A DNA stretch of 64,000 nucleotides from the human T2T-CHM13v2.0 reference genome, Homo sapiens. The position numbers and the translations under genes were made by a program. Positions 40,431-54,266 of the stretch are shown here, one piece after another. The notes below the pieces were generated by a model. It was given only the letters and a program-made list of their open reading frames with translations, ran no database searches and was not told the origin of the DNA. The stretch lies in NCBI RefSeq assembly GCF_009914755.1, contig NC_060932.1, one strand, 5' to 3'. The stretch's first letter is position 1. Each line of letters begins with the position of its first letter.

Positions 40431-43023
40431 CTGGGCAGAGTAGCATAAGAAAGTAAAGAAAATACCCAAAGGCCTAGAGGTATGTAAAGTTATTGGTAGA
40501 TTCAGGATAATAAATGTAGAGGAAATGGAATAAATGGAGTGTGGAGGAATACTGAGAAAGTTGATTGGGAATAGATTAGGAAAAACCTTGTGTGTCACAG
40601 GAAGATGTTTAGACTCTGCTGTAGGCATTTGGGTACCAGAAGCCTGTAAACCTTTGAGGTGCATGAGCAGATTTGTATTTTAGAAAAGTGACACACAAAA
40701 CTGAAAGACTTAAAAGACTAGTCTGAAGACAGAAGTAACATATAATGGCTTCCTAAATGAAAGTGTGGTAGTGATTTAAAAGTGATGATTATTAAACTTC
40801 ATCTGTGGTTCAGTGAGCAGTGTATAGAGAGGGTTGAAATGATTTTGAGAATGCTTTGGGAGGCAAGTTGATAACATATGCCATAACTAAGAATTTTGGT
40901 GGAGAAGAAAGATAAAACATTCAGTTTTTAAACAGAGAATTGGGTTAAACAGTCAATCAACGTTTATTTAATAATGCTTTCTGTCTAGCATTAGTCTAGA
41001 TACTTTGGAGATTATAATCATGGCTTCTATTTCAAGATCTTTACAAGATACGTGGAGTCATGATACTGATAAAAGTGAAACAGAAAACAGTCCAAATCCG
41101 TGTGTAAACTTGATGATTCTGACTGATAAATACATCAGAATTTCAGATTAGGAAAAGATCTGTGTGGAGTTAGGTGCCATAAAAAGGGTTTCCTGAGTCT
41201 TATGTAAAGTAAATTAACAACTTTTGATCTAAATTGACAAAGTAGTACTTAATTTAGATTTGATAAATTATATTTGAATTGGTTCAAAAGAAGATAGAAC
41301 TCCAACTAATAGTTGATCATTAAGCTTGGAAGGCAGATATAAAAATGGTGTTTTTGTACAGGAAAGATAGCCTGACTAGAAGAGAGAGGATAGCCAAATG
41401 TTAGATTATATTATGTTTGGGAAGGTATACTGCATCCAACATAATCTGTCTTGGAAGATCAGGTAGGTAAATTTGTATTCACTGCACAAATAATTAGTTA
41501 CTGTTGGAAAAAAGTTTTTATGTTAGTAATATTAGCTCAACAGTAATATGTAGTTCTGTTATTTTTTAGAAAATAAAAAAGATTGGAGGAATGCCAATCT
41601 GAAAGCTTTTACCCCAATCCAAGTATGAGATAAGTCCTGTTAGAGAAATTAGATTTTGTATATTTTGACTACACGTATTTCCTCGTTCTCCTTTGGCTGA
41701 TTGAACTAGCTCTAGTTAATCCATATTCTTATATGTATTTTATGCCTTCTTCATTTTTGCTCCTCTGACTTACTCATTATTCCCAGCCAGAATTTAGCTC
41801 CAGATGAAGCTCCCATTGAGCCATTTATATACTCCATATCTAAGAGCACGGGGAAAGCTTGAATGATGTGAAAATGTGGATGATGAGGAGGAGGATGATG
41901 ATGATGATGATAAATTACCTTTAATGTGTTAGGAGCTGTATGTGTTATCTCCTTTAGTCCTTATAGTATCCTTATATGAAATTGCCACTATTATCTCCCA
42001 ATTAGGTAAGGAAAGTATGGCTTAGAGAGGTTAAGTAGCTTGATTTAAATAGGGTTCCACTGCAACTAGACCTGTCTAACTGCGTAGTCCAGATTCCTCA
42101 TCACTTTAATATAGCATACTGGCTCACCTACATCTTTTCCTTGTTGCAGTCCATTACATTATGGCACTCAAATTCAGCTTCCTAAATTGACCTACAGTCA
42201 CATTTCCTTTCTATTCAAAAGTCTTCTGTGACTTCCTTATACTTAACAAAATTCATTATTTCTCCCCTATTCCAGGATCCCTCCAAATGTAGTGACAGCC
42301 TCTTCCCTCCTGGTGGACTTATCTACAGTCTATACTGTTTTTTACCTTAGTGCGCTCCCCTCCCTGCCCTTTTCGGAGTCCTACCTCCTTTTTCTTCTAT
42401 TTGCTGAAATGTTACTTTAGGTTTTGTCTGGAGGCTAGAATCATCCTATGATGATCTCTCCCAAGAAACTTTGTCTGTTTCTCCACCCTTCCTCTTAATT
42501 TAATAATGCTTTATTTGCTACCACTTATGCTACCTAATTTTTTGCTTGGTTTGTAGTTTAGATAATATATAGTTATTTAAACTGGAATGTAAACTTAAAT
42601 TTCTTAAAGTCAGAAATGATTGTTTCCTCATTTTTGTGTCTTCTAGTATAGGGCCTCGTGCTATTTAAGCCTAGATGAAATAAAGAGTGAGAGTGGAAAT
42701 GAGTTCTGACCGAACAAGGGCCTTCATTCTACAGTGAGTAATCAATCTGCAGTTTAAAATAAGCAGATTCATTGAATGGGCCACAAATCCTATGGCAGGA
42801 AAACATAGCTGACATGAAAAAGGAAACACTTGTTTACCTCTCCACTGTCATTTTTCCAGTTATGTTCCAGAGGTTGGCTGAGCAAACCCCCAGGCTACTT
42901 ATTAAAATGCAGATTGCAGAAAATGGGACCTAGAAATGCACCTTTGTAGCAAGATTCCCAGGTTATTTGAGTGAAATTTCTACAGAAACATATATAGGCA
43001 TAAAAATGCACAAATCATAAATG

Positions 43024-43136
43024 TGCAGCTTAGTAATTTGCATGAAGTGAATATATATATTTATAAATATATATATTTGCATGAAGTGAATTTATAAATA
43101 TATATATATTCACTTCATGCAAATTACTAAGCTGCA
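43024..43136. repeat. Perfect 37-bp inverted repeat inside an old L1M 3'-end fragment (~42975-43260)
   Basis: 43024-43060 is the exact reverse complement of 43100-43136. Confidence 0.95.
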
Positions 43137-43731
43137 TTATATATATAATATAAAATATATATATATAAAACCAGCACCAAATCAAGAAGTGGAATTTTGC
43201 CTGCATTCCAGAATTTCACTTAACTTTGCAGTCAGTTAACTAATCTGCCACCCAAGTCACCCCTCAAGGGTTTCCTGAGTCTTATGTATAGTAAATTAAG
43301 AACTTCTCATCTAAATTCAGGCTTGTCTCTGATAATGTAGACATTAAAACAGTAGTCCCCAAACTACTACCTCCGTTTTCTTCGCTTTCCCTTTTTTTTC
43401 TTGTCCTCTCCTCTCACTACCAGCATTTTCCTTGGCAATAAAAAGTAATGAAACACTTCTTCTGAAAAATTCCTGTAAGTCTCTCCTCGATGTTGATCTA
43501 CTTAAGCTGAGGCAGTATTTTAAGGGTTCTCTCCCTTCTTTTGTAGGATTCCTAGAATTTCTTCATTAGGCATAGAAGATTCTGCTCTTTTTTTCAAATA
43601 TTATTTAGAAGATTGAAAGGATAAACATAATTTCAAAGGATCTGTGCCATTGATAATTTAGTTTACTTTTTCTAAACCAAAAACTTATCTCAGAAAAGAG
43701 GTTACCAGGTTTTAGAAAAACAAAAAGGTAC

Positions 43732-43800
43732 GTGTGTGTGTGTGTGTGTGTGTGTATTTAATATGTGTGTATATATATATATTTAATATATGTATATATA
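43732..43800 (+). repeat. (TG)11 and (TA)n microsatellite
   Basis: Read directly from the sequence. Confidence 0.93.
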
Positions 43801-45746
43801 TTTGTTTAAATCGCATTAATGCCTTAAGCATTAAGATTCTTAACTTTGGAATTTGTGATAGTTTAGCATCATCTTTAGAGAATTTACCATTGCACTGTGT
43901 AGGCATGGTTTGCTAAGCAAATTAAGGATATAACCTGTTTTGTCTGATTTGCTCAAGAAAATAACTTTTTGTGAACAATAGTATCTTGATTGTTTATATC
44001 CATAAAGATAATGCTATAATTGCAAATATATTTTACCTGTATATTTAAGCTTTCCACTTGAGAATTTTAATTGACAATTAGAATTACTCTATAGTTTCAG
44101 AGTATATTTTAAAATATATAGCTTCCTCCTCCCTGCCACCCCCAGTTTGATCGTCACGTTTTTACTATAGTTTCAGGAACTGAAAGGAAATAATAACCAA
44201 GACACAAACTTTATGAACTTCATGAATATTATTGTTGTGATTTGTTCAGACCTTGATTTTTAATCTTTTCCTTCCAAGAAGAAAACATACTAAATTGCTG
44301 TGCACAGTTTCGTCACATAATAATTTTTATTTTCTAGGATTGAATATATCTTACTAATAGTATTTTCAGAAAGTACAATCTTATTTTACAAGTATTGTAA
44401 AATATTTCAAATAAGTAATAGCTTATTTGAAAAATAAGATTAGAGGCTCTTAGAGGACTTTTAAAGATTATCTAATTCATTCTTCGTCTTCAGACATGAT
44501 ATAAATTTCCTTGTTTTAATGCTTTTGTTCAGAGTACTCATGCTGTTGATTCTTTTAGCAAACTATCTTTGTATTATCATTTTTCTGTTTAACTTCTGTC
44601 ACTACCTGTTCATTCCACTTAACCTGCTCTTTTCAGAACTATTTGAAACCTCATGAAAACATGTAACAGTTCCAAAACCAAGATCTTCAACTTGAAATTC
44701 ACATCGAGTTTAACTTCAGTTTCTCCCCTTCTCTTATTCCTGCTTATTTCGATCTTTATTCCTTAACCGTTTTATTAGATCTCTTTTATGTTCCTATTTC
44801 CATCACCCCTTTTAAAAAGGATTTACGTGGTCTCCAAAGGACACTAAGATTTCCTTCTCTAGAATCTCAGTCCTCTTTCTTTTCAACCGTCTATCTTCTT
44901 GCCAATCCCCAATCCTTTTAAGCTTTACTGCCTACTTTGCTGCTGCTTGTAAAATACTGTAGAAAGTCAGAAATAACGTTTTGATTTAATACATTCCACA
45001 GTGTTTGCTCCTAAAGTTTCTCACCTGCACACCTTTATTCTAGTCTTCACAGGTCACAGTAAGGGTCACTTTAGATGACCTTATTTCCTATGTAAACTAA
45101 ACTACTACAAGAGTTATCTGTGTCCATTAAGTTTCTTCATTTCTGGTTCACTCCTCGGTACAGTTCAGTCTGGCTCCTTTATGCGTAGCTCCATTGATAA
45201 TTACACTCTCTAAGGTCACCAGTTATTTCCATGCTGTTAAATCAGTTGGATGTCCACAGCATTTATAAGTAATTCTTATTTTTCTAGAATATTGTAAACT
45301 TGATGGCAACAGTAAATATTTTTGCTTTTCTTTAAAGAACATGTTGATCCCAAATAATCCACAAATACGTTTTTGTAAAAGTCGTAAAAGGTTGAAATAA
45401 TACATAACTATATAAAAGAAAACATAAAAGCCTCCCTTTCATTATTCTCTTCCGAATTTATCATACTCATTCCAAAGGTAACAGTGGTTTACAGTTTTAT
45501 GTGGTTTCTTCTCATTTATTTTCTGTGCTTTTCCACACATATTTACACTTGTAAGTATATATAATACATGTGTTTAATTTACATGCTTGTAAGCATTTCC
45601 AATTAAAATTACATTTTTAAAAGTAAAATCTAAGCATAGTGTTACTGTCATTGTTCAAAAGAAAGCTGACAATAAACATAAGGCATTAGTGGCATCGATT
45701 AAAAGATCTTAAGAAAACTAGCAGAATTTTTGTCAGTTGTAATAGA

Positions 45747-46124
45747 TATATTAGTTTGCTAGGGCTGCCATAACAAAGTACCACTCACTGGATGCTTCCA
45801 ACAACAGAAAATGTATTTGCTCAGGATTACGAAGCCTACACACATCCGAGACCCAGGAGTCAGCAGGGCGAGTTTGAGGTCTTTCCTCTTGGATTGTAGA
45901 TGGCTGCCTTCTCCTCCCTCACTCTTCCCATGGTCTTCACTCAGTGCATGTCTGTGTCTTGATCTTTTTTTTATAAAGATGCCAATTATATTGGATTAGG
46001 GCCCATCCTAGTGACCTCATTTAATGACCTCTTTAAAGACCCTCTCACCAAAGAGTCATATTCTGAGGTACTGGGGGTTTTGGACTTAGGCATTTTTGGG
46101 AGGGACTCAATTCAGCCTCTAACA
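45747..46124 (-). mobile_element. MLT1 (A/B-like) MaLR solo LTR
   Basis: tattagtttgctagggctgccataacaaagtacc..ttggattagggcccatcc..attctgaggtactggggg..aattcagcctctaaca. Confidence 0.85.
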
Positions 46125-47393
46125 GAGCAATAATACTCAGTTGACATTTGTTAAACATATTTCTCATGAAAATAATTGGTCACTTATTCACAACCGTGGC
46201 CTCATTTGAAAAGTACTTAAGCAAATACCACTTGCTTGTTAATGGCTTACTGATTAAGTTTTATTTTAGTGAAAGTGCGCCTTGAAGGATATTACCTCTT
46301 CATTGAAGCTACAGACGTCTTACACAATTAAGAACAACTTACAGTAACATCTACCTCTTTACTCAGCATGAGATGTGTTATTGGTGGTACAAAGCATTTT
46401 GAAGACAGTCTGTATAAATTGCATTATATAACTTAAAATGCTCTGTTATTGGAATATGAGGATAGAATTTTGTAACCCTTTACCTCAAGCACACTTATAA
46501 AGGATTTGAATGATTAATCCGTAAAGTAAATCTGTGTAAATAACAAGTGTAGCAGTATATATGTTGTTTTTAAATTTTGATTTTTGAACCCCAATTTTGT
46601 TGAAGTTATTATGCCATCATCAAAAGATAGAGGATTGAAAAAAATGACATCTCATCGCTATTTCCAGCCAGAAAGTGTTTGAATTATCACAAATTTTTAC
46701 ATTACAATAAAGGCACTACATTTTATATAGTTGTTATATTTGGTAGTTTGTAACTGCTGGAAGTGGTTATTAAAGAGAAACTTTAGAGGTGATACCAACA
46801 TGGTTCTGAAATACTTGTACTAATGAAGAATTGTGAGCTATCTTAAAACATCTGGTATTAATCCAGATATTTCAGTACTACATAATTTCCAAGGTTATAC
46901 TTCTTTCTTAGTAGGAATGTTAAATATACAATTTCTTGTCCTCTGTCTGCTAGTTTAAGGTTTCTTTCAGTTTGTTCAGTTTGATAAAGAATCAGTAAAC
47001 TTAATTGAGAAGATGAATGTTCAAAAGAAAGATGTATATTAAACCCAGAGAATGTCTGAAGTGAGAGCTACATAACCAATTCTGGTAGATGTTAGTTTTA
47101 TATTTTCAGATACTCAGAACTGAATTTTACATTTTATTATTAATAGCTCTCTTGGTAGGATTTCTTCCTCTTTATAACTCTTTATAATTTTAAACTGGAT
47201 TATTTTGGAATCTATGATACAACGGTAACAGCATGAAATTGCATATTATACAACGTTGCATTTGAATGCAGGTGTCCCTTGACACTTCTTGATTAAACAA
47301 GTTACTTAACCTTTTCTGTAAAATGGAAGAATCTGTACACCTCAAGGTTTCTTTTTTTTCCTGTTCTGATAATTAAATTAAATAATCTTTATA

Positions 47394-47937
47394 CAGTCCA
47401 CCCTAATCCAAGACCATCATTCAGTGCTTGAAATCTCAGATAGTACCAAACTCTATATATATTGTGTTTTTTCCTAAACATGCATACCAGGATGAAGTTT
47501 AATTTATAAATTAGGCACAGTAAGAGATGAACAGCAATAATTAATAGTGAAATAGAACAATTATAACAATATTCTGTAATAAATTATGTTACGTGGATGT
47601 GGTCTGTGGTCTGTCTCTCCTTTAAAATACCTTATTGTACTATACCCACTCTTCTTCTTCCTGTGATCTGTCAACCTGATAACTGAGCAACCCACTAAGT
47701 GACTAATGGGAAGGTAGCATGTACAGTGTGGATATGCTCTACGAAGGCATGATTCGCAGCCCAAGGAGGACACAGCAGGATGGCATGAGATTTCATCACA
47801 CTACTCGGAACAGCCTGCAACTTAAAGCATATGAATTGTTTACTTCTGGAATTTTCCATTGAATATTTTTGGACTGTAGTTGACAGCAGGTAACCGATAC
47901 CACAGAAAGTAAAACCAAAGATAAGGGGGGACTACTA
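47394..47937 (+). mobile_element. MER44-type (TcMar-Tigger) DNA transposon relic
   Basis: TA|cagt start, tttaatttataaattaggcacagtaagagat core, and ataaggggggactact end. Confidence 0.82.
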
Positions 47938-48226
47938 TGCATTTCCTGACGTAAAACAGAAAAAAAAAAATTATTTCACATTTTTCTAGCGGTGGTCTCT
48001 ATTTTAGAAAAAAAAATGCTTCCAGATCATAAATGCAAAACTCGTGGGCATACTTTTCTGTGGATATGATGGAACGATTCTCATTTGTTTTTCCTAAGGT
48101 TTTCCAAATAATATTTCCATGAAAACGTATCTTTTTTTAGTATTGAGGTATGATTTATATACAAAAAAATGCAAAGATCTTAAATATGCAACGTAAAATG
48201 AGTTTTGACTGTGCTTACATATTCTA

Positions 48227-48586
<360 letters not shown>

Positions 48587-51209
48587 TTAAGGACAAATCT
48601 GAGGGATTTCGTATGAATTAACCAGCTTAAAAAAAAAAGCCAGTTTAAAGAAAAGTTGTTCAGTAAGTATGATTTTGGTGTTTGCAAGTCAGTGTAACAT
48701 TTTTGAAATCTATAAAGAAAAAGAGTTGTGAAAAATGGAAGTATATTTGATAAAACCAATTTATGGGTAAAAAATTGAGTAAGTGTGTATAAGTATGTGT
48801 AAGTGCTCCCTTGTAATACACCGATACACGTGTGATACATTAATTACTAATGACGAAATATACTTTGAAATCTCTGGAGAAATATTTTAATTATATGCTA
48901 ATAATATGTACTAACTACGAAATATCAATATTTATTTGTTAAGAAACTTCATTTACAAAAAACTGCTTACCGAAAAAGAAAATCATTTTTTAATGAGCTC
49001 AGTGTAAATACGAAATGAGTAACTGGTTTTATTAATTTTAAAGAACATTTACTATATAGTTATTTAAATCATCACTTTTTCTCTACTATTTATACGATTT
49101 TTTTGAGTTTAAGTGTTCTTCATACCCTTTTGAGGACTTTAGTAATAGCTTCATTTGAGAAATTAAAAAAATAGAGAATTGTAATTAGATGCTCTGAATT
49201 AAAATCCCTGAATATTTTACTGTAGGGTTTAAATGTATTGTATATTTAGTTGTTTTAAAATATATTGAAGGATGTGTTTGAAACCAGTTCTCTTTTATGG
49301 TCCTCTGTAACTAATATCATTTTCCCTACAATAGACAGAATTCTGGACTTACGACTTGAAAACAACGCTATGACATTATAAATACGTATGTTTAAAATAC
49401 AGGTCAAATGTTATAGATAGTAAGTATTGGAATAGTTTAATAGCAATAAATATTATCCTGAGGCAGAATTTTAGAAAAAAACTTCATTAAAGGAGGTGGA
49501 ATTTGAATTGGCCTTAAAATCAAGGTGAATTTTGGTTTATCAGTAAGACGAAACATCATTTTTTGAGATGAATCAGGAAAAGAGATGGAACAGCCTTAAG
49601 AACCTGTATAGAGGTCAAAATGGGGATAAGATTGTTTGAGAGTAACGAAGAGACTGCTTTTACTGAAATATGTGATTTTGTTCATAGAAATGTAAAGAAA
49701 ATTGTACATAATCTGGTATCCCAATCATATCTATCTCCAGACTCCTTCCCAGTAAGATCAGATAAACAGTTTTGCTTTCCATCCTCTATTAATTTCCTTG
49801 TCACACTGTACCTGTTTGAAATCCTGTTGCAGTATTACGTACTTATCTCAATATAATCTACATTAAAATATTCTGTTTATAGTTAACCATCTTTGGAGTC
49901 TTTCCATGTCAGCCTACTGTAATTTCAACTTTTTATTTCTCTAGCACTCATTTGGACATATAGCTAAATTGGCCACCAAAATTCTATTCTTCATTTCGTA
50001 CCATGTAACTTAATTGCCAATTTTATTAATTTGTGATCTGCTGAATCCTATAGCACCTCTCAAGAAGAAAAATACTTTTATCCCTAGTTACAAAGGAGGT
50101 TAACTCAAGCGCAGATTCACATCATATTCTGCTAAATCTTGAGTGTTAAACAAAATACTTAAAAGAGAATGAAGATTCTATTTTGCCTTGCATGATTAGA
50201 CATTTTTAAGTATATATACTATGTTTCCTTTTGAGCCAAGACACTATGTTTTGTATTGTGTTTTGCATTTTATGAAACAGAATATCTAAGTACTAGATAT
50301 TGATTGATTGATTGATTCAAAGATGTTTGACATAGATTGCCAAGGGTTTTGAATTACCTCTAAACAATTTTAAGTTTTCAAATGTTTGTGAGTAATAGAT
50401 TGATGAAAGTAGTGATTTTGGAAGATTTAACTAGAAGTGAGGAATTGGAAAGTAAAGATTAGTGATAATCCAAGCGTGATACATTAAACATTCAGACAGA
50501 ATCAGTTGGGTCAAAGTAATAGAAAAGTGACAGTAGAGAATAGGAAATGCCCGTTGGCTTTGTGATGGATTGTAAGGTAGAGGTGCCGAAGTTGAAGCTT
50601 AGGTCATTAGAAGAATGGTTGTAATATTGATAGATGCATAGAGTGCTGGAAAGATAAATTTGTTTGCATGGAGAATATTGACATTTATGTGTACAGTTTT
50701 GATTTTAGAGTGTTAGGACATTCAAATGGGATATCAAGTCAAAATGTAGTCAACCAGTAGTTACATCATAAGATGTGAAAATATAGACCTGGCTGGGATG
50801 GGATCTTTCATGTAAAAGAGCTGTTGAATTTAACGATACACATCTTCTAAAGGAGAGAAATATAAAAAGAGAACAGAACTTCATGGACAAATAATGTCAT
50901 GTATTTTTCTTATAATTAACATACAATTTACCATTTTGGTGACCTCTTTAATTTTCATAAACTTAGATATATAACTTATGTTGATTTTATTTGAAGTTCA
51001 TATATCCTCAGTTGAACTTAAATGGTCTATATTTGTATTACTACAAATACTCAAATATGTGTTTACTGTGAATTTGGACATTAAAATAACTAAATCTTTA
51101 CTATACATCCTATCAGTTTTAATGTTGTTGCCTTTTGTATAAAAACACACAGTAAACAAGAAATCTTGTTGTTCTTCCTTCAAATATGTACATATATATG
51201 TATATATTT

Positions 51210-51767
51210 TTTCCTTTAAAATATATTCAGGATCAGATCACTTCTTACCACCTGCTCCAGGATAAGATCACTTCTTACCACCTGCTGTCAAACTGCTTTA
51301 CGTCATCAGCATCTTTTGTCTGGATTACTGTAGTAAACTTTCCCTGGTCTCCTTGCTTCTATGCTTGCTTCGTTATAGTCTGTTCTTGACATAGTTCATG
51401 TCACTCTTCTTACAGTCTTGCTTTTATGACTCACCATGTAATTCAGAATAACATCTAAGTCTTCACCAGCACATTGACCCTCTTACATTTCCTTGAACAT
51501 GTTTCTATCTTAAGGCCTTCATGCTGGCCATTATTCCATCTCTCTTATATGTGCTTCCCCCAGAATCCATGTGACTAACTGCCTTGCCTTGTTCACAACT
51601 GTGCTCAGATGCCAAAGATGTCTCTGTGGTGTTTATCCTGACCTTCTTCCTATTTAAATTGCAACCTGCTCCCCATTGTCAATACTTCTGACTCCCTTAC
51701 TTTTTTCTGCTTTTCCTTTTCTTACAGCACTTTGCACTTATAGTATACAGTTCATCACACACACACA

Positions 51768-51799
<32 letters not shown>

Positions 51800-51910
51800 C
51801 CCCATGAGACTAGAGATCATTGCTTTGTTCACTATTTTATCTCACCTGCCTAGGAATGTAACTTGCCATGTATTAGACACTCAATAAATATTTGTAGAAT
51901 AAATAAACTA
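51210..51910 (+). mobile_element. L2 fragment containing a 30-bp tandem duplication and a (CA)n tract
   Basis: ctggattactgtagtaaac..ctcaataaatatttgtagaataaata (L2 3' end). Duplication at 51228-51286; CA tract at ~51757-51798. Confidence 0.78.
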
Positions 51911-52169
51911 ACATACAACAACAGTAGCTAACACTGAAGGCTTATGTCACACTTTTCTAAAAACTTTAACTTATTATAACTACCTTAATGAAGTAGAGAT
52001 CCTTCCATCCCCATTTCACATGCCAGGAAACTGCGCCATATGTTGCCTAAATAAAAAGCTCAATTCTACACAGAATTCAAGCCTCGCAGCCTGGTATGGA
52101 GCCAGAGATCCAAATCATTTGTGTATGAGATTTCTGTTAAACATGAGTATTGTGTTTAGTGCTATAAAG

Positions 52170-52383
52170 GTTTGTGTTTGTTTTTGTAGAGACAAGCTCT
52201 TACTCTTGCCCAAGCTAGAATGCAGTGGCATGGTCACAGCTAACTATAACATCAAACTCCTGGGCTTAAGTGATCCTCCTGCCTCAGCATGTTGAGTAGC
52301 TGGGACTAGAGGCACTTGCCACCACACTCAAGTAATTATTTTTTGTAGAGACAGTGAGTGTCTCAAAGTGTTGCCCAGGCTGA
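52170..52383 (-). mobile_element. Partial AluJ-like element
   Basis: gcagtggcatggtcacagc..ctcctgggcttaagtgatcctcctgcctcagc. Confidence 0.8.
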
Positions 52384-52438
52384 GTGCCAAAAAGTATTTA
52401 TAGTAGAAGCAGAAGTGATATATCATTGTTAAATATAG

Positions 52439-52440
52439 TG

Positions 52441-52498
<58 letters not shown>
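52439..52498 (+). repeat. (TA)n(CA)~23 microsatellite
   Basis: Read directly from the sequence. Confidence 0.95.
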
Positions 52499-52501
<3 letters not shown>

Positions 52502-54080
52502 AACATTTCTCATATACCTTGATTCACACTGATAGTTTACCGATTAAATATAAAGATGAATTTTGTTCATCTGTAGCCTTCAAATAGCAAGCTTAAAGAA
52601 ATATAAAATTACCTCAAAATTTAAGTCTCATTGGGCAGCCTCAACCAGTAACACTCATTATTAGTTAAACCCAGTCTGAAGGCCTGCAAAGCAAAGCCAT
52701 GGTACTGTCAACCATGTTATATAGGCCTAATGTCTGAATCCTTACCAGTGCCATTTTTATTTCTTAGACACGTTTCATTTATCATACTGTTGTGCTATAT
52801 TTCACATCAGATGTCAAGATAAAGTCTCTGATGTCAAAGATTTAGAAGCAGTGACTTTCCAGATTTGCTCATCAGAATGCAGTGGTCCTGGACATACAGA
52901 GCAAATGGATGACATTAGATTTCTAAAGCTGCTGGCATTAGGTGAACTTTAGGGGAAATGTCATTCTTGAGACCATATAAGAGAAGTTTTAAGAATGTAA
53001 ATTAAAGCTATCTGAAGTACTGGACATTTTAGCATGATATAATGGCACTAAGAGATTTTGCTTATATTGCGATTGAGGCAGTGGCCACAAATAAATACAA
53101 ATCCAGATAATGATCGAAGGGCAATATAACAAATATGTTAAAAGGTTCCTTATTAAAGAGTAATTCCCTGGCCACCCAGGGTTCTTGTCATCCATGTTCA
53201 TGTGCTGACAGAATTATGAAAGCATTTTCATGTGAATACTGAAGAGTATTATGGACATTCGTATTCATAGGTACATCAAAAAAAGAAAATGTAAGAGATA
53301 GACTATGCTTCGAAGAAGACAATGATTCTTACCTATTTTTTGTTTAAACACATGTTATAGACTTTGCTTGATAATAACATCTTTTTTTATCTCCTAATCA
53401 TCCCATAAGTAAGAAAAAATGATCTGTACTTAGAAAATGAATTACAGAGTGGTTACATAGCTTTCCTGGGGAAATCATTCAATTTATTAGCAAATCTGGA
53501 TTAGGGCACAGAGAACCTGTTCCTAATTCATTTCTTAGACAATCACAAGTGCAAAATATTTGGTGATATGAAATGAGTAACTTCATCCTTAATGCAGAAT
53601 TATGTAAATTTTAAGCCATAAAAGTTTTTTTTGTTTTGCATTTTGGATTTACATTTATAATAATGATATGAGAATATTAATGTTCCTTGATCAAGTTGCT
53701 TTTTTTCCCCCAGGATAAAAATTAAAATGGACACACACACAGAGATTATACTTTTCATATATACGTGATGTGACAGCTACAAAAGTAATTACAGCATAGA
53801 TTTATGTATTTTCTGTATTCACATTAAAAGCTATTCAGTTGAATTTTAAAATGCTGAAGGATGTAATACTTTTTCATTTTGAACTTTTAATTGCATTTAA
53901 ACACAAGAAAATTCTATGAAAGTAATTATACATTTCAGTTTTTCTTTGTTACTGAACAAAATGAAATCTGTAAGTCTAGAAATATGTTATCAATAAAACA
54001 CAAATTACTAAAATTACTTAAGCAGTTCAGTCACAGGACAGACTTTTTAAAGTTTATGTTTAGAAGAAACTTCATCTAGG

Positions 54081-54266
54081 TTATATTTTTGTTGTCTCAA
54101 CATTTATTTGGAAAATATAGTAGAATGAGAAGCTCTCTAATTGGTATAGTATTTTTGTATATATATACAAATATATAGTATAGTATACTACTATCCTAAT
54201 AGTATAGTATTATATTTTTGTTGTCTCAACATTTATTTGGAAAATATAGTAGAATGAGAAGCTCTC
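54081..54266 (+). repeat. Perfect 57-bp direct repeat around a 72-bp AT-rich filler
   Basis: 54081-54137 is identical to 54210-54266. Confidence 0.95.

Noticed and set aside
41985-42012. Possible recursive splice site TAG|GTAAGG at 42005/42006
   Set aside because: Weak pyrimidine tract, located inside a MIR; expected by chance in 57 kb.
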